Origin: an uncultured delta proteobacterium
GTDB taxonomy: Bacteria > Desulfobacterota > Binatia > UBA9968
Reading direction: 5' to 3'
Assembly (NCBI GenBank): GCA_963755715.1
Contig: CAVWLW010000022.1
Span: 1 to 51,290, forward strand
Length of the DNA stretch: 51,290 nt
How positions within the stretch are numbered: position 1 is the stretch's first letter; each line of letters begins with the position of its first letter. A model generated the notes under the pieces. That model saw only the letters and a program-made list of their open reading frames with translations, did no database searches and was not told the origin of the DNA. Shown here one piece after another: positions 37,946 through 46,725 of this stretch. Position numbers and translations under genes: made by a program.

Positions 37946-39248
37946 CGGTTTCCAAAACGCCTCGCGCATTCCCGAGCTGCGCCGCCGCCTGTTATTCACG
38001 TTGGGCATGCTGGCGGTGTATCGTCTGGGCGTGCACGTGCCGACGCCGGGCATCGACCGACAAGCGATGGCGGCGTTCTTCGATCAGCAAAAAAACACCT
38101 TGTTCGGATTTCTGAATCTGTTTTCCGGCGGCGCGCTGGAACAGTTTTCGGTTTTTTCATTGGGCATCATGCCCTATATCAGCGCGTCGATTATCTTGCA
38201 GCTTTTGACCGTAGTTTTTCCCTATTTAGAAAGACTCTCGAAAGAGGGGGAAATCGGCCGGCGCAAGATCACCCAGTACACCCGCTACGGCACAGTGGTG
38301 TTGTCGATTATTCAAGGCATGATGATCAGCATCGGCCTGGAAGGGACGCAGGGGCCCGGCGGGCACAGTCTGGTGTTGACTCCAGGCTGGGGCTTTCGCC
38401 TGATGACCGTGATTACATTGACTTCGGGCACGGCCTTTATTATGTGGCTCGGCGAGCAGATCACCGAGCGCGGCATCGGTAACGGCATTTCCTTGATTAT
38501 TTTTGCTGGCATCGTCGCACGACTGCCCTCGGCGGTCACCACGACCTTGCAATTCATGCGTGAAGGCGAGTTGGGGCCGCTGGTTGCTTTGTTGATCCTT
38601 GCGCTCAGCGTGCTCGTCGTCGGCGCGATTATTTTTGTCGAACGTGGTCAACGTCGGATACCCGTGCAATATGCCAAGCGTGTGGTGGGGCGCAAAATGT
38701 ACGGCGGCATGACCTCGCATCTGCCGCTGAAGATCAACACTGCCAATGTGATACCGCCGATCTTTGCATCGTCGATATTGATTTTTCCGGCGACGCTGGC
38801 GCAGTTTGCCAACCATCCGTGGGTTCAAACAGCCGCCGGCGCGTTGGCGCCGGGGAGTTGGCTGCACGATTTGGTTTACATTATCCTGATCATCTTTTTC
38901 GCTTTCTTTTATACTGCGGTGGTGTTTAACCCGAGCGATGTCGCGGAAAATATGAAAAAGGCGGGCGGTTATATTCCGGGCATTCGTCCGGGGCAGAAGA
39001 CCGCCGAGTTTATCGAGCGCGTGTTGTCGCGCATCACGTTGAGCGGCGCGATTTATCTGTGCATCGTGTCATTGCTGCCGACTATTTTGGTCCGGCAGTT
39101 TAACGTGCCTTTCTACTTTGGTGGCACGGCGCTTTTGATCGTCGTCGGCGTCGCTCTTGATACCGTGGCGCAAATGGAAACGCATTTGATCACCCGCAAT
39201 TACGAAGGATTCATGAAGCGGGGGCGACTGCGCGGAAGAAGGGGCTAG
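37938..39248 (+). CDS. secY: preprotein translocase subunit SecY
   Basis: [42 protein letters not shown]. Confidence 0.99.
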   Translation: MLNGFQNASRIPELRRRLLFTLGMLAVYRLGVHVPTPGIDRQAMAAFFDQQKNTLFGFLNLFSGGALEQFSVFSLGIMPYISASIILQLLTVVFPYLERLSKEGEIGRRKITQYTRYGTVVLSIIQGMMISIGLEGTQGPGGHSLVLTPGWGFRLMTVITLTSGTAFIMWLGEQITERGIGNGISLIIFAGIVARLPSAVTTTLQFMREGELGPLVALLILALSVLVVGAIIFVERGQRRIPVQYAKRVVGRKMYGGMTSHLPLKINTANVIPPIFASSILIFPATLAQFANHPWVQTAAGALAPGSWLHDLVYIILIIFFAFFYTAVVFNPSDVAENMKKAGGYIPGIRPGQKTAEFIERVLSRITLSGAIYLCIVSLLPTILVRQFNVPFYFGGTALLIVVGVALDTVAQMETHLITRNYEGFMKRGRLRGRRG

Positions 39249-39250
39249 CG

Positions 39251-39916
39251 ATGGCGGCGGGCGCGCGCGTTGTATTGTTGGGACCGCCGGGCGCAGGAAA
39301 GGGAACTCAGGCCAAGCTGCTTCAGGATAAGTTTGGCGTTTGTCAGATTTCGACGGGCGATATCTTGCGCCAGGCCGTGGCGGAGCAGACCGCATTAGGC
39401 AAGGAGGCGTCGCAGTATATCAATCGCGGCGCTTTGGTGCCGGACAGCGTGATCGTCGACTTGGTCGCGACGCGATTGCAAGAGAAGGACTGCGAGAAGG
39501 GATTTATTCTCGACGGATTTCCCCGAACGATTCCCCAGGCGGAGAGTCTGGACACGATTCTTAAGCAGAGGGGAATCGGACTGAATTCCGTTTTATCAGT
39601 CCAGGTGCCGCAAGACGTCATCATCGAGCGATTAGCGGGCCGGCGCACTTGTCGGAGCTGTGGCGCGCTCAGCCATGTGACTCTCAGTCCGTCGAAAAAA
39701 GCCGGGATCTGCGACCGTTGTGGCGGCGAGCTTTACCAGCGCGACGATGACCGCGAGGAGACCATCGCGCATCGGCTGAAAGTTTACGACGACCAAACCG
39801 CGCCCTTGCTGAATTATTACCGCGGGCAAGGCTTGCTTCGAGAAATCGGCGGGGTCGGCACCGTCGATGAAATTCGCGCGCGGGTGATTGCAGCCCTAGG
39901 AGATCTCGCGCCATGA
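39251..39916 (+). CDS. adk: adenylate kinase with zinc-binding LID
   Basis: GPPGAGKGT, ILDGFPRT, CRSC..CDRC. Confidence 0.98.
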   Translation: MAAGARVVLLGPPGAGKGTQAKLLQDKFGVCQISTGDILRQAVAEQTALGKEASQYINRGALVPDSVIVDLVATRLQEKDCEKGFILDGFPRTIPQAESLDTILKQRGIGLNSVLSVQVPQDVIIERLAGRRTCRSCGALSHVTLSPSKKAGICDRCGGELYQRDDDREETIAHRLKVYDDQTAPLLNYYRGQGLLREIGGVGTVDEIRARVIAALGDLAP

Positions 39917-40670
39917 TTTCGCTCAAATCGGCTCGAGAAATCGAGATCATGAGGCGGGCGAATATCATCGTTGCCGAGGTTCTGCAGGCGCTGAAAGAGC
40001 GCGTCGCTCCCGGCGTGACCACCTTGGATTTGGACGCCGTTGCCGAGGAGTTGACCTTAAAAAAAAAGCGATTCCGGCGTTCAAGGGTTATAACGTCGCA
40101 GGGCGCGTCTATCCGCGTTGTCTATGTGCATCCATCAACGATGAGATCGTTCATGGCATCCCATCGAACCGGGCGCTTCGTGAAGGCGATATTATCGGTC
40201 TCGATTACGGGGTTATTTACGAGGGATTTTACGGCGATTCGGCGATTACAGTTGGGGTTGGCCGGGTGAACGAGGCTGCGCAGCGTCTGATGAATGTTAC
40301 GGAGGAGTCGCTGCGCCACGGGATCGCGGAGCTGCACGAAGGAAAGCGGCTGGGCGATCTAGGCGCTGCCGTGCAACGGGTCGCCGAGAGCGCTGGTTAT
40401 GCCGTCGTACGCGCTTTCGTCGGACATGGGATCGGTAAAAAATTGCATGAGGAACCGCCGGTGCCGAATTACGGCGAGCCGGACCGAGGCCTTCGTTTAA
40501 AAGAAGGAATGGTGCTGGCGATCGAGCCGATGGTCACCGCCGGCGGTTATGAAGTTGAAATTAAGGAAGATGGTTGGACCGCGGTGACGAAAGATGGTAG
40601 CTTGGCCGCCCACTTCGAGCACTCGGTGGCGATCACCCAAAGCGGCCCGTATATTTTGAGTCAACTGTAA
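39913..40670 (+). CDS. map: type I methionine aminopeptidase split by a -1 frameshift at an A9 run (40059-40067); ~252 aa if joined
   Basis: Frame 1 gives [20 protein letters not shown]. The -1 frame continues [42 protein letters not shown]. Confidence 0.9.
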
Positions 40671-40704
40671 ATTGCGAGGAGATGCGCCGCAGGCAGAGTT
40701 TTCT

Positions 40705-40923
40705 ATGCCCAAAGAAGACGCCATTGAAGTGACCGGTACGGTGCTGGAGACGTTGCCCAACGCGATGTTTCGCGTCGAATTGGACAACGGCCATAAAGTG
40801 TTAGCCCATATTTCCGGTAAGATGCGCATGCACTACATCAAGATACTTCCCGGCGATAAGGTGAAGATCGAGCTATCGCCGTATGACTTGGCGCGCGGCC
40901 GAATTATTTTTCGGGAACGATAA
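40705..40923 (+). CDS. infA: translation initiation factor IF-1
   Basis: [24 protein letters not shown]. Start reset to ATG 40705. Confidence 0.98.
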   Translation: MPKEDAIEVTGTVLETLPNAMFRVELDNGHKVLAHISGKMRMHYIKILPGDKVKIELSPYDLARGRIIFRER

Positions 40924-40937
40924 AAAGAGGAGCAGTT

Positions 40938-41051
40938 GTGAAGGTCAGGGCCTCGGTAAAAAAAATCTGCAACAAGTGCAAGGTCATTCGTCGCAAAGGG
41001 GTGGTGCGGATTCAGTGCGAGAACACCAAGCACAAGCAACGTCAGGGATAG
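40938..41051 (+). CDS. rpmJ: 50S ribosomal protein L36 (not in ORF track)
   Basis: Hand translation [40 protein letters not shown] start after GAGGAG. Confidence 0.97.
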   Translation: MKVRASVKKICNKCKVIRRKGVVRIQCENTKHKQRQG

Positions 41052-41120
41052 TCAGTCGTTGATGACTTCGTCATTGGCGGATCGAGATTGGCCATTTGAA
41101 AATCCAAACGGAGTAAAACC

Positions 41121-41504
41121 ATGGCACGTATCGCGGGCGTAGATTTGCCCAAGAGCAAGAGAATGGAAGTGGCGCTCACGTACATTTATGGGATCGGGCG
41201 CAGCTCATCGCGGGAGATACTCACTAAGGCGGGAGTTTCGTTCGACTTGAAGAGCGACGATTTGACCGACGACGATACCGCCAAGATTCGCCAGGTCATC
41301 GAGCAGGACTACAAAGTGGAAGGCGATCTGCGGCGCGATGTCACGGCCAACATCAAGCGGCACCTCGACATGGGATCGTATCGCGGCCAGCGCCACCGCA
41401 AGAATTTGCCGGCGCGCGGCCAGCGTACGCACACGAACGCGCGCACCCGCAAAGGACCGCGCAAGACGGTCGCCGGTAAAAAGACGGCGCCCTCAAAGGG
41501 CTAA
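41121..41504 (+). CDS. rpsM: 30S ribosomal protein S13
   Basis: [29 protein letters not shown]. Confidence 0.98.
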   Translation: MARIAGVDLPKSKRMEVALTYIYGIGRSSSREILTKAGVSFDLKSDDLTDDDTAKIRQVIEQDYKVEGDLRRDVTANIKRHLDMGSYRGQRHRKNLPARGQRTHTNARTRKGPRKTVAGKKTAPSKG

Positions 41505-41516
41505 CAGGAGCAGCTT

Positions 41517-41957
41517 ATGGCAGACGCTACGGATGAGAAGCCGAAAACGGAAGGTCAAGCAGATCAAAAGGCGAGCGAACGCGCCGCGCGAAAAAAACGC
41601 GGCCGAAAAAACATCGCCGAAGGCGTGGTGCATATTCACTCGACCTTTAACAACACCATCGTCACCATCACGGACTACCAAGGCAACGTCATTTCCTGGT
41701 CGAGCGCGGGCGCGATGGGCTTCAAAGGATCGCGTAAAGGCACGCCCTTCGCCGCCCAGCAGGCGGCCGATAGCGCGGCCAAAAAAGCGATGGATCACGG
41801 TTTGCGCAGTGTGCAGATTTTCGTCCGGGGTCCGGGAGCGGGGCGGGAGTCGGCACTGCGCGCGCTGCAGTCGGCAGGCATCAACATCAGCTTGATCAAA
41901 GACGTGACGCCGATCCCGCATAACGGCTGCCGTCCGCCCAAACGAAGACGGGTTTGA
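41517..41957 (+). CDS. rpsK: 30S ribosomal protein S11
   Basis: [38 protein letters not shown]. Confidence 0.98.
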   Translation: MADATDEKPKTEGQADQKASERAARKKRGRKNIAEGVVHIHSTFNNTIVTITDYQGNVISWSSAGAMGFKGSRKGTPFAAQQAADSAAKKAMDHGLRSVQIFVRGPGAGRESALRALQSAGINISLIKDVTPIPHNGCRPPKRRRV

Positions 41958-41978
41958 TGATCAGAGGAGGAAATCGGA

Positions 41979-42605
41979 TTGGCTAGATACACGGAATCAG
42001 TGTGCCGCCTCTGCAGGCGTGAAAACTTGAAGCTCTTTCTCAAGGGCGAGCGCTGCTATACGGACAAATGCGCTATTGAACGGCGAAACTATCCTCCCGG
42101 GCAGCATGGTCAGGGCAGGCCCAAGTTCTCCGAGTACAGCATTCAGTTGCGCGAGAAACAGAAGGTGAAACGCATGTACGGCTTGTTGGAAAAACAGTTT
42201 CGCCGCACGTTTGCCGAAGCTTCGCGAACCAAGGGCATTACCGGCGAAACTTTGCTGGTCTTGCTCGAGCGCCGGCTCGATAACGTCGCCTACCGGCTTG
42301 GCTTCGCCACTTCGCGCGCGGAGGCCCGAACCTTAGTTCGACATGGGCATGTCCTCGTTAACGGCAAAAAGGTCAATATTCCTTCGTACACCGTCCGAGC
42401 GGGCGATGTGGTTTCGGTCAAAGAGCCGAGCCGCCAACTCGGGCGCGTGCAGTCGGCGATGGAAGGCGCCCAGCGGCGCGGTGTCCCCGACTGGGCGGAG
42501 GTGGACCGCGACACATGCAGCGGCAAGATCAAAATCTTACCGACGCGCAGCGATGTCACGATGCCGATCAACGAAAAACTGATCGTTGAATTGTATTCCA
42601 AGTGA
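41979..42605 (+). CDS. rpsD: 30S ribosomal protein S4 (zinc-binding form)
   Basis: CRLCRRE..C..C, PGQHG, LERRLDN, IVELYSK. TTG start. Confidence 0.98.
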   Translation: MARYTESVCRLCRRENLKLFLKGERCYTDKCAIERRNYPPGQHGQGRPKFSEYSIQLREKQKVKRMYGLLEKQFRRTFAEASRTKGITGETLLVLLERRLDNVAYRLGFATSRAEARTLVRHGHVLVNGKKVNIPSYTVRAGDVVSVKEPSRQLGRVQSAMEGAQRRGVPDWAEVDRDTCSGKIKILPTRSDVTMPINEKLIVELYSK

Positions 42606-42625
42606 GTTCGAATTTGGGAGATGCT

Positions 42626-43654
42626 ATGTCGACCATGTATAAACATTGGACGGATTTGATTAAGCCCAAACAATTGGAGTTGGAAGAGAAAACTCTGACC
42701 CCAACCTATGGCAAATTTTACGCCGAGCCGTTCGAGCGCGGTTTCGGCCAAACCATCGGCAATTCGCTCCGGCGCATTATGCTTTCCTCGCTCATGGGCG
42801 CCTCGATTGTCGCGGTGCGCATCAAAGGCATCTTGCACGAGTTTTCCACCGTGCCGGGCGTCACCGAAGATGTCGCCGATATCATTTTAAATCTAAAGGA
42901 AATCAGGTTGCGGCTGAACGAAAGCGAGCAACAGACCGTGCGCATCGATGCCAAGGGCCCGGGAGTCGTTTATGCCAAAGACATCGTCGCTCCGCCGAGC
43001 GTCGAGATCTTAAATCCCGAGCACAAGATCGCCACTTTGTCGCGCGACGCCAAACTGGAAATGGAGCTCTTGATCAAGCTCGGCCGCGGCTATGTGCCCG
43101 CGGAGCGCAACAAGGAAGAAGGCGCGCCGGTGGATACGATTTTTATCGACGCGGTTTTTTCGCCGATCCAGAAGATCAATTTCACCGTCACCAATGCCCG
43201 CGTCGGTCAGCGCACCGACTATGACCGCGTGGTGTTCGACGTGCACACGGATGGCAGCGTGAAGCCGGACGACGCCATGGCCTATGCGGCCAAGATCTTG
43301 CAGGATCAGCTCGCCATCTTCGTGAACTTTCAAGAGGAGCCGCGCGCAGAGAAGAAAGACGACGGCCCGGCGATCCCGCTCAATGAAAATTTATTTCGCA
43401 GCGTGGACGAGCTCGAATTCTCGGTGCGCTCGCAGAATTGTCTGCAAAATGCCGACATCAAGTATATCGGGGAATTAGTTCAGAAGAGCGAGCAGGAGAT
43501 GCTTCGGACCAAGAACTTCGGCCATAAGTCGCTCAACGAGATCAAAGAGATTCTCAAGGAAATGGGCCTCGAGCTGGGCATGAAAATCGATCATTTTCCG
43601 TCGCGCGAAGAGATCGACGCTCGCAAACGCGCCGCTGAGAAAGAACCGGTCTAA
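42626..43654 (+). CDS. rpoA: RNA polymerase subunit alpha
   Basis: [30 protein letters not shown]. Start reset to ATG 42626 (GGGAG upstream). Confidence 0.98.
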   Translation: MSTMYKHWTDLIKPKQLELEEKTLTPTYGKFYAEPFERGFGQTIGNSLRRIMLSSLMGASIVAVRIKGILHEFSTVPGVTEDVADIILNLKEIRLRLNESEQQTVRIDAKGPGVVYAKDIVAPPSVEILNPEHKIATLSRDAKLEMELLIKLGRGYVPAERNKEEGAPVDTIFIDAVFSPIQKINFTVTNARVGQRTDYDRVVFDVHTDGSVKPDDAMAYAAKILQDQLAIFVNFQEEPRAEKKDDGPAIPLNENLFRSVDELEFSVRSQNCLQNADIKYIGELVQKSEQEMLRTKNFGHKSLNEIKEILKEMGLELGMKIDHFPSREEIDARKRAAEKEPV

Positions 43655-43658
43655 AGCC

Positions 43659-44102
43659 ATGCGTCATCTAAAGTCGGGGAGACAGCTCAGCCGCAACTCC
43701 GCCCATCGCTGGGCGCTAATGCGCAACCTTATCACGGCGCTTTTGCGCGAAGAAAAAATTCGGACCACGGATCCCAAAGCCAAGGAATTGCGCCGTTGGG
43801 TCGAGCGCGTGATCACGCTCGGCAAACAAGGCAGCCTGCACGCGCGCCGTCAAGTTTTAGCCATCGTTCAGGACAAAGCCGTGGTGCGAAAGTTATTCGA
43901 CACGATCGGGCCACGCTTCAAGGACCGACCCGGTGGATACACGCGGATCATTAAAATCGGCCTCCGCCGCGGCGATGCAGCAAAGATGTCGGTCATCGAG
44001 CTTGTCGGCGCAGAGGGTGAAAAGGAAGCGTCCAAAGGTGGCGCGAAGAAAGGCCGCCGTGCGCGCCGCAGAGAAGCGCAGAAGCAGGAAGCCGCAGCAT
44101 AG
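43659..44102 (+). CDS. rplQ: 50S ribosomal protein L17
   Basis: MRHLKSGRQLSR, RPGGYTRI, RRGDAA, plus a basic C-terminal tail. Confidence 0.98.
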   Translation: MRHLKSGRQLSRNSAHRWALMRNLITALLREEKIRTTDPKAKELRRWVERVITLGKQGSLHARRQVLAIVQDKAVVRKLFDTIGPRFKDRPGGYTRIIKIGLRRGDAAKMSVIELVGAEGEKEASKGGAKKGRRARRREAQKQEAAA

Positions 44103-44128
44103 ACAGCGCTCCAATAATTGAATTTCCA

Positions 44129-44174
44129 AACAGCCCGTGCGTGATCCAAAATGATCCGGCGGGCTGTTATTTTT
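44129..44174 (+). terminator. probable terminator ending the ribosomal superoperon
   Basis: AACAGCCCG / CGGGCTGTT 9-bp stem with a 22-nt loop, followed by ATTTTT. Confidence 0.5.
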
Positions 44175-44402
44175 GAGAACCTTCGGTTGATCGCCTGACG
44201 TCGTCAATTTCTTTTGAGCTTTGAGCCGCATTCTTGCGACGTAGTCTCCTGGCTTTTTGGTTGTCATCCGCGCGATAGCGGGCCGCTGCCAATTGCGCCA
44301 TTGCCGCCGGCTGCAGCCGCTCGAGCGCAAAATAGGTCCCGATATTCTCGCCTGCCAATGGGCAGCTTTTGTTAGCCCCGCCGCCATGATAATTAGAGCC
44401 CC

Positions 44403-44783
44403 ATGAATCAAAGCGCGGGCGGCGTATTGCGTCGCTCATTGAACGACTTTCTGCACATAGAGTTGGATGAAGCGGCCCTTAACCGGCTTCAATGGCGCGA
44501 CTTCGGCAATGGCTTGTCGATGGCGCGTCTGGCGCGGGAAGATGCGCGCGAGCTGGTGCTTTACCGGACCGCTGCCGATGCTTCACCGGATGCGTTTGTG
44601 AAGCACGAGCATATCGGCGGTGAGTTCTATTTGGTTCTGAAAGGCAAGATCGCCGACGAAACCGGCGAGTATGAAAAGGGCGACATCGTGTTTTTAGATG
44701 CGCGCTCCGTGCATACGCCGCGCGCTGTCGGCGAAACAATTGTTTTAGTGGTGTGGCCGGCGGGAGTGCGGCTCGTCGATTAA
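44403..44783 (+). CDS. cupin domain protein (ChrR-like)
   Basis: Cupin metal motif HEHIGGEFYLVLKG ... GDIVFLDARSVHTP. Confidence 0.8.
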   Translation: MNQSAGGVLRRSLNDFLHIELDEAALNRLQWRDFGNGLSMARLAREDARELVLYRTAADASPDAFVKHEHIGGEFYLVLKGKIADETGEYEKGDIVFLDARSVHTPRAVGETIVLVVWPAGVRLVD

Positions 44784-44818
44784 TTGATTGGAACACTAGA
44801 TCGATCACAGGAGGCGAA

Positions 44819-45703
44819 ATGAAAACTCTCGGATTCATCGGCACGGGCGGCATGGGCAGCGGCATGGCGGCTAATTTAATTAAAGCAGGAAACAAACTGG
44901 TCGTTAACGATTTGCGCCGTGAGCAGGCCAAAGGCCTCGAAAGTCAGGGCGCGGTTTTTAAAGAATCGCCCAAGGCGGTGGCCGAGTCCTGCGAGATCGT
45001 GCTCTCCATGCTGCCGTATAACGAAGCGGTGCGCGCTGTCGGCCTCGGGGCCGGCGGTTTGCACGAGGCAGCGAGCGGCGCCAAACTCTGGATCGATTTC
45101 AGCAGCATCGATAAAAAAACCATCGTCGGCGTAAATCACGAGCTGGCAAAAAAAGGCTGGACCGTCGTCGACGGCTCGGCGGGCGGAGTCGAAGAAGCGG
45201 CAGCGGCCGGGACCTTGTCTCTCTGGCTCTCGGGATCGAAGTCAGTCTTCGACGAACACCAAGCGGTGTTCAAAGCGATGGGCAACAAGGTTCTCTACGT
45301 CGGCGAGTTGGGCAACGCCAAGCTGGTGAAAAACGCCATGGCGATGTTCGCCGCGGTGACCCATTTAACTTTGGCGGAGATTTGCTCTTGGCTCAAAAAG
45401 GGCGGACTGACCGAGGAAACTTTTCGCACGATCTTGAAAAACTCGCCGCAGGATTCCGTCGCTATCGACCGGATCATGGAGATCGTCGTCAGCCGCAAGT
45501 ATAAGCCGCGCAAATCGTGGATGCCCAAAGACGTTGGCTTCGGTCTCGATATGGCGCGCGAGATGGAGGTGCCGATGCCTTTCGTCGCGTTGGCGTATCA
45601 AATGTTTTCGATCGCCCAAGCGACCGGGATGGATGGCTACGAAGCGACCGGTATTGCGTGCAACGTTTACGACGTAATCACCGGCCAAAAGAAGGGCGTC
45701 TGA
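44819..45703 (+). CDS. NAD(P)-dependent oxidoreductase, beta-hydroxyacid dehydrogenase (3-hydroxyisobutyrate dehydrogenase-like) family
   Basis: Rossmann motif GFIGTGGMGSGMAANL, DFSSI, A..GTL, KD. RBS AGGAGG before ATG 44819. Confidence 0.88.
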   Translation: MKTLGFIGTGGMGSGMAANLIKAGNKLVVNDLRREQAKGLESQGAVFKESPKAVAESCEIVLSMLPYNEAVRAVGLGAGGLHEAASGAKLWIDFSSIDKKTIVGVNHELAKKGWTVVDGSAGGVEEAAAAGTLSLWLSGSKSVFDEHQAVFKAMGNKVLYVGELGNAKLVKNAMAMFAAVTHLTLAEICSWLKKGGLTEETFRTILKNSPQDSVAIDRIMEIVVSRKYKPRKSWMPKDVGFGLDMAREMEVPMPFVALAYQMFSIAQATGMDGYEATGIACNVYDVITGQKKGV

Positions 45704-45706
45704 CAG

Positions 45707-46246
45707 ATGGCCGGACTGCCATCGGAACGCATTTCCCGGTTTCTCACTTATCTTTTACGCCATCGGCCCACGGAATATCCTTTGGTGTTCGATGAGCGCG
45801 GTTTCGTCGAATGGGGTGATATCGTCGAAATCGTCCAAGAGCGCTTCTACGACGTCACCGAAGGGCAAATTCGCGCGGTTGTCACCGACTCGGAAAAGAA
45901 GCGTTTCGAGCTGCGTGAAGGCAAGATGCGCGCGACCTACGGCCATTCGTTCGCGGTGGATCTCAGTGACGAAGCGGTCGAACCTCCGTCCGAGCTTTAC
46001 TACGGCGCGGCGCGCGATCTAGCGGAGTCGATGCTCCGGAGCGGTCTCAAGCCGCGCGACCGCCAATACGTTCACTTGAGTGTTTCGGTCGAAGAGGCCG
46101 AGTCGGTGGCTCGGCGCCACGATCCAGCGCCGGCGATTATTATCGTCGACGCGCAAAGCGCGCACGGCGAGGGAATTCGCTTTTTTCAATCAGGTCCGCT
46201 GTTCCTGGTCGAAAACGTGCCGGCGAAGTTTCTTTCCCTGAAGTGA
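45707..46246 (+). CDS. kptA: RNA 2'-phosphotransferase (KptA/Tpt1 family)
   Basis: YLLRH, KKRFE, RATYGHS, GLKPRDRQYVHLS, ARRH, and a C-terminal VP..L. Confidence 0.88.
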   Translation: MAGLPSERISRFLTYLLRHRPTEYPLVFDERGFVEWGDIVEIVQERFYDVTEGQIRAVVTDSEKKRFELREGKMRATYGHSFAVDLSDEAVEPPSELYYGAARDLAESMLRSGLKPRDRQYVHLSVSVEEAESVARRHDPAPAIIIVDAQSAHGEGIRFFQSGPLFLVENVPAKFLSLK

Positions 46247-46725
46247 TTTCCGGTTATCGTCTGTATCCAGTGCGCCGCGCCGCCAGTTTTAAGGCACTCC
46301 CAGTCATCATGCTCGGCTTCGGACTTTATCGCGCAGCGATTGGTTGGCGATCTGATATTCGCTAACCGTTTATCAATCAATAAAAATTTTACCTGGCCGT
46401 CGGCGCCGGATCGTGCCAATGTTACTCTGATAGATTTAGCTATTGCGCTCCGTCCAAAAAGTCACGCTCCTATTTTACCGCAACCAAGTCCATCGGCGAT
46501 CTCATAATAACAGCGGAAACTTCAGAAAAACCTCAAAAAGAATTTCGTAAAGGCGCTCAATCCACTTGTATTGGCACGATGAGCCGGTGTTATCTGCGAT
46601 CGTTGCACAACCATCTGGCGTGTATTATGAGGTGGTCAGTCTCACATCTTTGCGCGAAGAGTCCTGTCCCAACCCATCGCTTTCGAACCGGAGTGCGTGC
46701 CCGGTTTATGAACAGGAGGATAAGG

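Noticed and set aside
41057-41079. Hairpin between rpmJ and rpsM as a regulatory RNA
   Set aside because: Relies on several G-U pairs, has no U-tract and no other support.
44167-44439. 90-aa minus-strand ORF between rplQ and the cupin gene
   Set aside because: No recognisable motif or RBS, and it overlaps the cupin start; probably non-coding.
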